Positions 50,043 to 64,000 of a stretch of 64,000 bases of DNA are shown here, piece by piece. Below the pieces are notes generated by a model. The model did no database searches, was not told the origin of the DNA, and saw nothing but the letters and a program-made list of their open reading frames with translations. Source of the DNA: Epiperipatus broadwayi (taxonomy: Eukaryota > Animalia > Onychophora); assembly GCA_028023455.1 (NCBI GenBank), contig JAQFVV010000007.1:3658001-3722000 (forward strand), read 5' to 3'. Numbering within the stretch: the stretch's first letter is position 1; every line of letters begins with the position of its first letter. The position numbers were made by a program, and so were the translations under genes.

Positions 50043-53000
50043 TTAGTTAGAACAGAAATTTTAACAAGATATATCTTATTAGATGCATAATGAATCTCAT
50101 GAAATGCAATTCCATTAACTGTATATTGTGCTATTACTTTATAAAAAAAGTTCTATTTTTTTTTTAAAAAAATATACTCTTTATGTTTAATTGGAGTAAT
50201 TCTATTTGTGTTTTCCTGCCGAGGGAGATTATTTTGAGTGGCTAAGATTTATACCCTTGTAGATCCATAATACTCATATAGCTTTCACCTCTAATTCTGT
50301 TTTATCTTTTTATTAACCAGGAATTCGTCATCTAATGAAATGATTTCCAAGTAGAAATATTGCTTTACATGTAAAAGTAAGTTATTTTCAGATTGGATTC
50401 TAGGATGCTCAATATGTATCAATTCTAGCATAAATTTCAGTGACAGTTTTACATCATTAAAATGCAAGATAATTAAACATCATGTCATTTACATATATAT
50501 TATGTAGTATTTTCTAAAAATTTTGTCCCTTCATGTATTTACTGAAAATTTGTTATCACAGCTAAAATATTCTAAAAATATTATTTCAGAATTTTAGTAT
50601 ATCGTGTTAATGGCTGTGACAACTAAGAAATTTAAATTTTATGAAGACATCTTTGCCAGAATGCAAACTAAACTTCACTGTAAAAAAAGAAATATTCCTG
50701 ATTTTAAATCTAGAGAGTTCATTTACATAAAATAAAATAGTTGAAATGTTTTGAAAGATAAACTCTCAACATATAAAAGAGTAGTATAAAATAATATAGT
50801 TAGCCTACCTACAAGAAGAAGCATTGAAACATAATGAATTGAAATCAACTTCTTACCAAACAATTCATAATATCTACTTTAAATGTAAAAAATATTATTA
50901 CTTTTTTTTTTAGAAATCTCTAAAAGTTCACAGAAGATTTCTCAAATAATAAATATTTTTTCAAATTTCTTTAGAAATAATGGTGACAATAAAAATAACA
51001 CAACATATTCCTATTTTCACAAAACAATCCTTATTATTAGAAAGGATTCACATTAATTAGAAAATTGATAAAATTATTCACATTATATACAGTAAGGATA
51101 ATATGTTTATTGAGACCAAAATGTTATTGATAAACCAAATGGTATCTTATTTTAATATATAAATAAAATAGCCATGTTACCCAAGGGATAACTACGTCAA
51201 TAAATATTGCCTTTTCTCTGACTATAAATGATATTAAATTCATTTCAGTTATTTTTATCAAACATTTTTATTTTACTTAGAAATTCTATTTGTTTGTTTG
51301 TCTGGGTTAAATCTTATAACTTAATTTTAAAATATTTCTTTCAAATGGATTTCCTTCAAATTTGATGCCAATCCAATATAACACTAACATATTTCAGAGT
51401 TTTCTAGTTATTTATCCCATAACAATATTGGTGAACTGAATTTCCAAATCTATGTCAACAATTTAGTAAGTTTTCAGTGATGTGCACACTAGATGGTGGT
51501 ATATATTTTTAAAATTATGCTAAAATTGAATATTCACTAAAAAACATTTTAATTAAAATAAAAAACAAATGAAGGATGAAATCTTAACTTTTTTTTTATC
51601 ATTTAATTAAAACTTGTATTTTTTTAAGCTTTGCATTTATATAAAAAAAAATATTGTAAATGATTTTTTAGTAGATGTGAATTTCATTCAAAAAGCAAAA
51701 ATACAGCAACATTATTTACATATTTTAGTATTCAAATTTGAGTATGAATAACTAAAAAAAAACTTTTACAGTATGTCCCATAACTAACAATTAAAAAATA
51801 ATATAACATTTTTTTTTTATAAATAACACATATTTCATTTGAGGAATAGTGCACTAAAAATCACAAAATAATTTTTTCTTGAATCACAATTTTGGTTGAT
51901 ATGTTTAACTTGAAATAAAAACAGGACCCTGCTAAGAACCAAATTCAATCATAATGCTTTCCAATCTTTTCATTGTGTTTTCCTAATAGCTTCATATTAT
52001 CTAATACTAATGGAGAAATTGTTTTTTTTCATACTATTACAAACTATTTATTAAATATGATATTGCATTTTATTTTATTTTCTGATCACAAATGTGCTTC
52101 ATGCTGTTTTCCAAAAATCTCTCTTTTTATTTACAATTTTACCATAAAAAAAGTGGCTTATAATATTGCTTATATTTTTTTTATTGGTAAACATAATATT
52201 TATAAATATTGTCATATTTATAAGGGAAAAATTATTACACTAAAGCACATATACTGATATATGATGATTCCATAATAACTTTTAATTACATTCAGTGCAA
52301 TATATTAATACTTCAAAAATTACATTATTCAATCGACAAATATTTCAAGATGTCATATTTTGAAAATCTTATATTATACAACTTTTGCATGAAAAATTCA
52401 ATAACATATTTATTTTAAATCTAAATTTTTTTATTAAGCTTGTCACATTAATAGTTTTAATTAACAAATCTGTGTAATGTTATGTCACAACTGAAATAAC
52501 AGTAGAATGTCAAGTTTTGTTCATGATATTCCTAGATAAAAAATTTAAAGAATATAAATATATATTAAAATACACCTGTAATAGCTACAAAGAGTATATT
52601 ATACCACTAACAATTTTCAAATGCTTTAATTTCATATTATTTTTTGAATCAAATAGAAGATCCTTTCAATACTTTCCTAAGCATGCATGTATCTGTGAAA
52701 ATCAAATAGGTTTGAATTTAGACCATATAGTTTAAACTCCCTCTACACTACACAGCTGTAAATTTTTTTCATTTTTTTCAAATGACTGATTTGTTTTCTA
52801 CTTTTTAAAACAAATATTATAAAACTTATTATAACTAATGACAACAATAATAGAAAGCATATTTATTTTATTATAATAGCTGATTTAAAAAAAGAAATCA
52901 GTTAAATGTTATTAAACAAAAGTAATTTTATTTCTTTAATTTTGCAATTTTATGGCTATATTTTTATATAAATATTTTAATATATTGTAAGTACTATTTA

Positions 53001-56000
53001 TAATCAAATTTGAAAGACCTATATAAAAAATACTCTTCTTAGGAATAGTATGATATATCACTTGCAGCATTTTAAACATATTAAATATGTTGTATTTTTT
53101 CTTATCAAATATCTTATTTTCTTAAAGCCTTCCTTTCTTGGGTAGAATTTAAACAAATCTCTTTTTTAATTTTATTCATAACATATTCATTGAGTTTCAT
53201 TAATATGTTAAAAGATAATGTCATTTCTTGATTTAAAATAAAAATCTTTTTTTTAATCATACTTTATAATTAATCACTTTAAAAATTAAACATTTTAAAC
53301 ATAAAAGTATTTCAATTACTGTTTTTAATAATTATATTTTTTTTTTGTGAAAGGTTTGGTTATTTATGAAATTTTAAAAAACTGTTCTATTACAAATTTT
53401 CACATCATTATCTGTAAGATAAAAAATTTTCCAAGTTTAATCCAGTTTTTTCAACTGATGGCTTCTCTTTGCCCATATGATTTCCTTAAACTCCATATTT
53501 TTCCATCTATCTCATATATGATCTCTTTCTAAACCGTTTATATTACAAATATTAGTTAATATAACCTCATTCTGTTCTAAAATTCATTGCCAGATCTTTT
53601 TTATATATAATTATCAAAGCAAAACTTTTTCAAAAACTCACCTATATTTCCAATCATTTAAAATTCTGGCTAAACTAAAGAAACTTCAAATTAATTTTGT
53701 ATATGCTGCTGATATATTCCACTTAGTTTTCAAACATTCACTAGATTACAATTATTTCAACAATCTATACTATTATTACAACCAAATATGTATAGAAGAA
53801 ATATAACTCATTTTTACAACCAAATTTTTCAATACCAAATAGTTTTATTACTCAGGAAACCATTCTTCACATATATTTTTTTATTAATTGAACTTATCCC
53901 ATTGATTATATAAACCAGGTCATTCATTAACACCCATAATGATTTTAGCTGAAGGAATGTTATATAATACATTTTATTCTACTGAAAAGTTTAAATATAG
54001 TTACACACCTTAAATGCATCAAAATGGAGAAATTAAAAGGTCCTCAAGTTCCCACTAGTATCTTCCTTTTTGCCATTTTTATTAATCTATACATTAAAAA
54101 GCTTGAAAATACTATCAATGTTTTTTATTCTACTTGTAGAAACAATAGATAAGTTTTTTAGGTGACTAAATACTTAAAGACATTTCTAATTTGTTTTTCA
54201 TCATGGACATACTCAATGAATTTCAAAAGACTGCTGATTCACATGTTTTAGTTGCTTAATCAATTTTTTAAAAGATTTTCCCTGGAAGATCAAATACTTT
54301 TTAAATTCAAAATATATCCACAACTTTTCTAGATTTTATATAAATATAAACTAGCAGATCCCTAAACCAACTAATTATTAATGAGATTCATACCAAAATC
54401 AATCCTTTTACTTTTTGTAAATTGTATAAATCTATAAGAATAACAATAGTCATAATTTTCCTATTGTGCCCAATTTTGTGGTAAATGCAATTAATAACAT
54501 TCTAAAAAAAAATACCCTGAGTTATCATCTCAATTTTTTTCACTCATTTTTATTTTTCAAAACAATATCAAAAATTTACTAAATCTTATATGATTGGGAA
54601 ATTTTATATTCATATAAAAGTTTTATGTTTCATGGCTGTTCTAAATAGTTTTTACTTTACCCCAGTAACATATCATAACTTCCCAAATGAATTAAATCTT
54701 ACAAATATATCTTAATTGGAATAATAATAAAGATTAAAATGGCACTGTCCACCACTCCTCATGATGTTTAATGCTTTTCATCAATTGGGTACCCCACATT
54801 TATATATTAACATTCTACACTGCACAGTTCATCCTAAAGACTTTTTAATAAATAAATCTAAAATTCAACTTTGAACATATAAGTTTCATGTGTCAATGTA
54901 AGATGGATCTTTTGAATCACAAATATGACTAAATATGGATGACATATCCATTGTGTAGTTAAAAAGTATATATTCCCAGATAATAAAAATCATAATATCA
55001 TAGTATTAATTAACTCTATTTAAAACAATCCACACAACCAATTATGCTTCTGTATTTGACACAACCAAAATAACTGTCTTCTTAAAAAAATTGTCATTCC
55101 CCAATATTCATTAGTTGTAAAATCTGTTAAAGTTATAATTTTACTTTGCCATTTGTAAACTTACAGAACTTTAAAATATGAGTTAAACTATATATCACTT
55201 TACAAATAAATAACCCCCCCCCCCCTATACCTGTTAATATCAATGTCACATTTACTTTCCAATCATGATTTTTTAAATCCTGAAATAATTTTGACATTGT
55301 TGTTGCAAACTGCAAATAAATATTTCTTTTATTACCTCTTTCTTATAATTTCAGTTCTGCCACTTTGGACATTCTTGAATGATCCTAGATACCAGATGGC
55401 ATGCCTTAATAAATCCCTAGCCATCTATATCTAAGACTAGTTTGTAGATTTCACTAATGAGAAATTATTTATAGAACAGCAATGAATAGGAATTTATTAA
55501 GCACTATCATATGACATCTATTGATTATTCAATCTTATACCAGATGGCAGAAATGGAAAAGAGGAAATAGATTTATTACTTAAAAATAATGTATAGGCAA
55601 ATGTCATGTAATATTTTGTTTGTTGTTATTTGTTAATACTTATCATAGTAAAGTTCTTCCTTGAAAGTCTTTTTTAAAAATCTGATGGGATTTAAATGAA
55701 GATGTAAAAGAAAATGTTTCCAATAAAATTTCATAATATGAATCTCAAAAACATTGGAGTGATGCAGATTGAACATTTAGGTAGATAAAGATTTTCCTAG
55801 ATTAAGATGTTTTCAAGAAGCTAATCTATTAGTTATCCAATAATTGCAAATAATGGGCATCTATTCATTATAGCTGTAGGGATGATAATTCCTGGCATTT
55901 TTAAGTTGATCAGATGAGTGTCACTGTGCTAAACATAATAATATGTTTCAACCTTCTCTACTAGTGAAAAAGAAGTTATGCATTTAAGATTATTTATTTC

Positions 56001-59000
56001 ATAGTTTAACTATGAAATACTTAGGGATGAAAAACACTCTTGTAAATATTATCAGAAAAACAACTCAGGATTTTTAATATTAATGTAGAAACAATAAAAA
56101 TCTAAATCTAATGAAGTTTGGTATGGTGATATCTAAACCTGAAATACTATTTGAAAGTCTATAACAAATTAAAGCCATAAAAGGTTTTTCTCCCTACATA
56201 AAGAGCTGTCAGAATGATGGTTAATAAAACAAATACTTTTATAAGAATCCTCTGATGCCAAGAGGATCAGAAAATGGCTTCCTGTGATTTGTTTAATTGT
56301 TTAAAGAATGGATCTTAGATTGCAAACATATATTAACAATATCACTTTGATCTTTTATATGCTTTCAAGAATAGCAATCTTTACCCTACTTTACAAGCAT
56401 CTACTGTAATCTGCAAGTAAGTTAGCCTGGGTTTGAAATCATAGAGTATTTTAAAATATCAAGTTATTAAGTTAAGTACTATAAAATAATAAAAGGTAGC
56501 ACCTAAATGCCTACTTATGTTATAGTTTTGTACCTAATTTTCTCTGGTGAAAGAAAAAGTTAGAAACTGCTCAGTTAAGAGATTGAGATTTTATAGCACT
56601 GTATCACTTAGTCTCTAGTAGGTGGCTCTAAAGAATAGTGAACATAGCTGCTCTTGGAAACATATATTAGAGCAAAAGATAAATTTCCTAGTGAAAGTAA
56701 ACAAGTCAAAGAAATGTGTATAATTATTTAATAAAATATTAAGTATTAATTATGTTTGTGTACTGTAGAAGAAGTGGATATACTGTGAAAAACAAATGAT
56801 ATCAATAAAACAACAAACCTTTTTATTTAAATTAAGAGAGATAAAGTAAGAAAAGTTTGCCAGTTTTTCATTGCATTTGATTTTTTAATATTTTTTAATG
56901 ATGTTTCATACTTTTTGTATCCTTTAAGATAATGTGTACCTGAAAATGCCATTTTCTCACTTATCTACTTTGAAAGTTTTCATTTAATACTACATAATGG
57001 CATGCAGATAATAAGACAAGTCTGTGTTTGTCTACAGAACAATTTCTAAATTACATCTTATTCCTGTTATCAGAATCTCAGGTTTCAAATATTAAAATGA
57101 CATACTTCACACTTGTTAGGGAGTATTATCAAATATGTGACAGTAGGTATAGATAAGGTGTATAATTTCAATGTTATGGTATAACTTGCATTATATATTT
57201 TAATTTGCATCAAAAGAGTGCACATCACTCCTGTTCTATATTAGTATGAAATAGTAAGATCAGTGCTATCTTAGGACCTTTAGTTCAAATGTTCACTTCA
57301 TTACAGCTAGAATGCTTAATAATGTTGGTGATAATTATACAATTAGCATAAATCTATTATGTTTGCAGTTGATAACGTAATCACACAAATATAGTGGATT
57401 GATAAGACAAATATTTATTATTATATTGGTAAAGTTAGATTAAGATTGCATACTTGAAAAAAAACTGTAGTCATTAAACAAATAGACATGTTGATTTAAA
57501 ACAGTTGATTAAGAAGTGTGTAGTTTTAAAATAAATATACCCATAAATACTTTAGAAAAGATGTTTTTCATTGTTTATTTGTCGAGACAAAATATGTAAG
57601 CAGAGAGGAATGAATACTGTATAGCACTGCAACATGGTTTAACTAATAGATGTTTATGAAGGGGCAACAAATCTGCCCAATTACTACATTTTACTTATTG
57701 TATTAATGGCCCATGTTATCATAATTCATTCTGTTATTGCATAGAGTGAAGATGGAGTCACAACTAGGGAAATGATTCATTAGGTCTTATTTTTAAGGTA
57801 AAAATAATGTTCAAAGCATCTGTATATAAACCATGTTTTTGAATAATTGTAGGTTTTTTATAGAAAGACAAGGATGAAAGTGAATACACTAATATTACAA
57901 AATAAATTTGATATCATATATTTAAAATAAATAAAAAATATTTAAAGAAACATTTTCTTCAGTTTTCACAAATGAAAGTGTGTAGGTGCTCATGTTTAAA
58001 AATAGTTTTAGTTCCACGTTCTATCAATTTTTACAAGTTTCTTATCAAGCAAGAATTCCAATTTAACACTTTAAATGTAATATTTTTGTTATTTTGCACC
58101 TATGTATATAATTTCTACTTATATAAAATACACTTCATACCCTTATCTAGAAAAACTGAAAAAATATCATTTTTTACATTTGAAAACATTTATGTGAATA
58201 AAAGAGTTTACAGTTTTTTTCTCCTTTTTAGTTTAAATCACTGAATTATGGAAAGTAAAGTTATGTAAATTACATTTTATTTAGATAGAAAGACTCAAAA
58301 ATAGAAGGTTAAATCAAAAAGGTCACATGATCCAGTTTTTAACAGATCATTCAGTGTTAAATGCTGCTAGACTCCACTAATATTCAGCATCACATACAAA
58401 ATTAAAAATCTAAAATTTTTATTATTTTTTTGTTAAAATTGTTTGCAAACTTTAAAAAATGAATTAGCATCAAGAATACATAGATGAACAAAGCTTTAAT
58501 TAGATCAGAAAAGAAGTGAGTGAAAACTGAATTGTAAAATTTTATTCAGATAGACAAAACACAAAAACAGAAAGTAAATTAAATAAAAGTATATAAAAAT
58601 GAAATAGTCTTTAGATATAATATATATATAGAACCATCAGAAATTTCAATTCCAATTTAGAAAAAAAAGGGATAAAATCCATAAATATACTAAAAAAAAA
58701 GGTATGGATCAAATGCTTGGAATGATATGAATTGAGATTGATTGGAAATAGTGATGACTGCGTAAGTCATTAAGTAACAATTGTACTATTTTATACCAGT
58801 ACCTCTGATGCTCTGATCATCATCATTTATTAAAGTTTATAAAAAAAGTGATACTGGAATACATTATATTAAAAAAATATTTCTGATAATAGGCTATAGA
58901 ATCTTGACAATTGGTATTACCACTAACATTTGATTTCTTAAAGATAGTTCACTTTTGCCTATGACCTTATCCATTTGACACAATTAGGGCATATTTGAAC

Positions 59001-60845
59001 TAAATCATTTAATAATTATTTCTGATTATTAAATATATAAGCTATCCAATTAGATCTTAAAAATAATTGTTACTATTATGATGCAAAATTACCTTAATTA
59101 AAAATTATTTTTTAAAACAAAGATATTTGGCTGATTTTAACGTATTAGAAATAATATTTATTTTAATAAAATCTTTATTTATATTACTATACATAACAGG
59201 CTTTTTAAAAATTCATTATATTTTTTCCTTAGAATTAAACTTTTTTAAAAAATAAACTTAGTTTAAATAAATGATATATCATTAAAGAGATCACATCAAC
59301 TTTTTAACACCGTAAAAACATCAGGATATTAATTTTATGAAAGACAGAAATATGGTGGGAGGGAAACTACATATTTCCCCCAAAATAGGTTAAATGAAAT
59401 AATTTTTTTCAAGAGAGATTACAAAGAAAAAAGTATGAATGTTTACTTTAACCTTTGCTATAATTCATTCTAACAATTTTTTTTATTATTATCGATATTA
59501 TACATTATAAACAGATAGGCTTGTCATATCTTTATGATCTGAATATTAAATTAAGGATATACAGTATATATCTGTATTTACTTCTAAAACATACGATAAT
59601 ATTTAAAAATACTAGAGACAAATCATTAACATAACTTGAAATCCTATTTATGAGTCACCCCTATCCTCTTCTTAAGTTTTAACCACAACATTTTTGTCCA
59701 AGTATTAAGCTTAATTCCACATTTTCAGACTCCAGAATCTTCTCACAAAGGTTGTTTAAAATTATGGATACTTTCTCTTCAATTATTTGCTCAATTTTGT
59801 TTAATAGTGTGGCCCTTAATTTGGCATTCCTTTTGCCATGGCACCCCCCCCCATCACACCACCATTTCTATTATACTAATTTATAACAAACTTCACAGTG
59901 TTCTAATTCCAGAAATTTTTGCTGATTCACTCACTGTTTAACATTTTTATAACATTTTATTAAAGTACTTTTTTAAAAATCATAACTGATATGTGCATAT
60001 GGATGATTACATCAACAATAGAGCTTCTTGATCTTGGTGATTCTCATGATGATGTGATGTCCATTTATCATCATGATTGCATTGGCAATGGACTTCAAAA
60101 CATGGTCTAGTAGATACTGTTGTAGATATTTTTAGAATAATTAATTTTAGGGTCTGAAGATAAATATTCAGAATTTTCAATACATACAAAAAGTTCTAAG
60201 GGAATATAAATACGTGAAATGCACACTCAAATTATCACAAAGACAAAGAACAGAAGAAAATGAAAACATTTTAATACTTTGCAGTATATTGATCTTTATG
60301 CACAGTAAATTGGGGAATTCTATTTTTTACTAAATGTATAGTCTGTAAACTGGCTATAGTTATATGTATCAACATTTAACTTAATCTGAAAATTTTACCG
60401 TACAATAGTTTGAGAAAATTAATTTGTAGAAAACTTGATTTGCTAAAGAATGAATTTGATCTAAAATGGGTGACTTTAGTTTGCAAAGAAATAAATTTGA
60501 TTTGTAAAAAGATAATCTTTGTGTGCTTCTTCCGTAAAATAGTGTTTAATTAACTTACTGCAGGACAAAGATTTTTTCAATTACTTCTCATAGAGGAACA
60601 ATGAAAAAGAAACAGGATTCACTAAGGATGGTGTTCAACTCTAGATAAGAACTAAATTTTCATTTAGTTGGCTCTATTTTGAATCATATCACAAACATGT
60701 ATTGTTATAGTCAAAATAAGAGTCATAGATCACATGACCCTATCTCTTAAGCTTGTAAGTTATAAAACAATGAGGATTACCAATTCCTCCACAAGCTTTG
60801 TATTGTTATAGTTTCATGTCACTTATTGTTATGATTATTAATAAT

Positions 60846-61730
60846 TTTTATTAGTCATTCATTAGAATAGAGATTTTCCAATAATGAATAATATTTCTGT
60901 AGTTTAATGTTCATTAGACAACACTCATACAAGATAGGGACTAGCTTCTATCACTTTTAACACATTGTGGAGAGATGTAATCATAAACATATGACCCAAG
61001 ATATGTGAAAAGGATAAGGATCTATGGTCTCCAAGATGCACATTTTGAGCTGCATCAACACTCATCAGTTGGCCCAGACTACAATTCCTTACACATCTTT
61101 ATTATTGTTCATTATATATAGAGAGAGCAAGTTATTACAGGTTAATTGATGTGTCGAACATACTGCCCTCACAACTTTGACAAATCACTTAATAAAAGTA
61201 TATGAGTACTTTTTATTAGTCATTCATTAGACTAGAGATTATCCAATAATGAATACTTCTGTAGTTTAATTTTCATTATACCACTCTCACACAAGATGGA
61301 AACTGGTTTCTATTAGTTTTTAACCCCTTGCGGTGGGATGGAATCATAAACATATGACTAAAGTCATGTGCAAAAAGATCTATGCTCTCCAAGATGCACA
61401 TTTTATGCTGAATGAGCACTCATTAGTTGGTCCAGACCACAATCTCTTACACATATCTTTATTGTTGTTCAGTATATATATATATATATATGTTAATTCT
61501 AATATTTTCACGGATAAAAGATGTCATTATTATTACTATTTGTGGAATATTCTGTGTAGTGAAAAAGTTAAATGCTGACATTTCAGTACAATATCAAGTA
61601 CTTGATATTGTACTGAAATGCCAGCATTTAGCTTTTTCACTACATGGAATATCCCGCAAATAGTAATAATAATATGACATATATATATATATATAAACAG
61701 CAAATTACTACAGTTTAACTGATAAGTGTC
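60846..61730 (-). repeat. Tandem ~364-bp repeat (two copies), each with a decayed minimal hammerhead; retrozyme or pseudo-LTR-like
   Basis: Copies start at ~60846 and ~61210. Minus-strand motifs ccaa ctgatga..aaaa tgtgca tc ttgg (61031-61072) and ccaa ctaatga gtgct cattc agcat aaaa tgtgca tc ttgg (61389-61430). Related to 35570-35613. Confidence 0.75.
61521..61680. repeat. Loop-less 160-bp palindrome inserted in a (TA)n run
   Basis: Centre caagt|acttg at 61599/61600. Ends TGTCA...TGACA. TA runs on both sides. Confidence 0.92.
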
Positions 61731-64000
61731 ACCTAACTTGGACTTAAACTCAGATCACAGTAAGTGTATATACTTACATTATAATGTCTTTATATTTACC
61801 TGAAGGTAAATTTATCACAATTAAACATCTATTTCTTAAAAAAGAAGAGTTTTTTTTAAGAAAAAAAGTTTTAATTTATTATATGTAGCTTTTTTTTCCT
61901 TTGTTTACTTTATTGTAACAGTATGAATCTGATTGCATTTCGAATTAATAGTATTACAAACCTATATGGTCATAAAATTAATAATGATAGCATATTCAAA
62001 GACTTAATGGTTCATAAAATTTGAACTTGCTGTGCATGTATGCATATTAAACCACTAACCTTCACATGATCACCATTTCTTATACTTGCTCATAACTGTT
62101 ATTAAAACAGGCAAAACTCTCCATACAGAATTTAAATGTGAATATGAATAGTTTTCCTGTTTATTATAAATGATTTTGAAAAATTAAAATTATATAGAGA
62201 TAGGGTTCTTAATGATAAATCAATCACAAAATATACAAACCCTAAAAGAGAAAAATAATATATATATATAATATTTTGTTAGAAAAATTATTTTATTTTA
62301 TTTGATGAATAAATCTAGTAATTGTGGTTAATAACAAAAAATATAGCATAAGCCAATCTCAGTGGTTTATAAATATAAATGCCAAATTCCACAATAAGAA
62401 AAAATACAGGGATAAGCAATTACAATAAAATATCATTAAAATATAAAGCAATATTATTAATAATGTAAGAGTAGGAGAACCATTGACTTACTCTAGTACA
62501 AATACAAAACCCTTGGTATTGCAAGCATATATCATTGAGATTTCATTTAAAATCCGTTTACAAATATTTACTACTACTACCATCTTTCTTATCCATCTCT
62601 TAAGTATCTCATTGCTAAGATCAGATGAAACGTTATATTCAGTCTTATAAAATTTGGAAGGGTTATTTTAATCTTTGCCCCCAAAGATTATCATCTTTGA
62701 AAATAGCTTATTTTTTAGCAAAATAATTTAAGTAATATGGTTCATAAAACAAATTAGAGTATCTCAGGATAATATGATTGATTTTAATCATAAAATAAAT
62801 TCTCCGATTTTAAGATCTATTCAACATAGAATTAAGTTCTAGTAAATAAATAAGTCATACATTTACTTCTAAGCTAAGTCTTATCACAATTATAATGATA
62901 GTAATGTTATTAATTTAAAATAAAACAACATGAACTTTTTAATTTAGAATAGGATAAATAATAAACTGCTAGGATGACATTCAGATATTAAGGATGAGCA
63001 AGGGATTTTATAGCCATTTTAAATATAGTAGAATAAATCTACTTAAATATCTTTTAAATTTGAAGTAAGTCCTTTCATAATCTAAATTTATTATGAAATA
63101 ACAAATATGGTTTAATATTTGTGGAAAATAATTTTAAAATTAATAAATACAATGATCTTTTGATAAGCAAACTTAATTGGCTGAAGTAATCTCAAATAAT
63201 AATATGTCATTATAATTTTTATTAATCAAAATATATCTTTCTTAGATGTAATTCTAATACTTAAATACAATTCAGTAAAGTGACTCTTATATTAATTTTA
63301 ATGTTCATGCACTCTTACAACAAACTTTTAAGATAATTTATAATATTTTTATCATTATTTAGATTTCTGTTAATGAGTGAATGATGTAGAAAAATGTCTA
63401 TAAGAAATTTCTTAATAATAAAAACAAATATTTATTTCACAGAAAAACAAATAATAATAAGTCATAAACATAACATATCATTTAATACCACAATGCCAAG
63501 GGCTTTCACAAATTTTATCTTTTTTCAAAAATATATCAGAAGGTTAAAATTACAAATGGACTTATAAAAAATAATAAATTTGATCAAGTAAAAATAATCT
63601 AGTAGGTCAAAATAAACTTTCTATTATTTTAAATTCTCAAAAGTTCTCATATATTAAAGCACTCACACAATGATAATGTCCTTTTCATGAATAGAATAAT
63701 TACTTAAAATACAAGCTTACCAATACAGCAACAAAGGAATGATAAGAAAGATTTATATTGTCTATTTATGCCTAAGATACAATTTAAAATTTTGAAGGCA
63801 ATTATTATTGTATTTATGTCATTAACTATCAGCAAAGCTTAAATACAGGATTAAACAATATATAATTCACATTTAAGTAAACCAAGAATGCTACAAGAAG
63901 TAAGGGTGGCATTCCTCAATATCTTGATAAAAATAAATTAAATGCCAGAATAAAGCCATAGTAAAATATATATGGTTTACAAAATACATTAGCATCAACA

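Noticed and set aside
51176-51201. gttacccaagggataactacgtcaat resembling mitochondrial 16S rRNA (NUMT)
   Set aside because: Similarity is limited to about 25 nt and does not extend on either side.
53500-55300. Possible ancient CR1/L2-type LINE remnant on the minus strand
   Set aside because: Only vague motif echoes and no diagnostic YADD or QGS motif readable by eye.
59990-60130. His-rich minus-strand segment (STRPCFEVHCQCNHDDKWTSHHHENHQDQEALLL) as an exon
   Set aside because: Two frames are equally open, the composition may reflect cat/gat micro-repeats, and there is no homology.
4890-61663. Most short ORFs in the supplied track
   Set aside because: They are antisense shadows of RTE or PLE sequence, or I/L/F/Y/K-rich chance frames typical of very AT-rich DNA.

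Overview
AT-rich, CpG-depleted animal (probably arthropod) genomic DNA, dominated by nested transposable elements. No host gene could be identified with confidence. Recognisable elements: RTE-clade LINEs (one with an intact 525-aa RT ORF, one near full-length but decayed and split by a TTAA insertion, plus fragments), two decayed Penelope-like elements (RT + GIY-YIG), a Merlin/IS1595-type DNA transposon, a second decayed LINE family, a Helitron-type non-autonomous element, a tRNA-Gly-derived retrocopy, short 18S and 28S rRNA fragments, many fold-back repeats and at least eight hammerhead-ribozyme-like motifs. The main observation is the same unusual composite element at two loci (6679-10907 and 30717-32857). 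Each is two long palindromic units with LTR-type ends (TGTAA...TTACA), joined by 2 nt + a 22-nt near-palindromic tRNA-Lys(CUU) primer-binding-site linker + 2 nt. Each has a 4-bp target duplication, no polypurine tract and no coding capacity. At the second locus the two units are largely unrelated in sequence, one carries the 5' end of 18S rRNA at its hairpin apex, and the whole composite splits an older LINE RT frame. This fits a tRNA-primed hairpin-dimer retrotransposition route that I do not recognise as a described family. All identities and alignments were judged by eye, and boundaries marked ~ are approximate.
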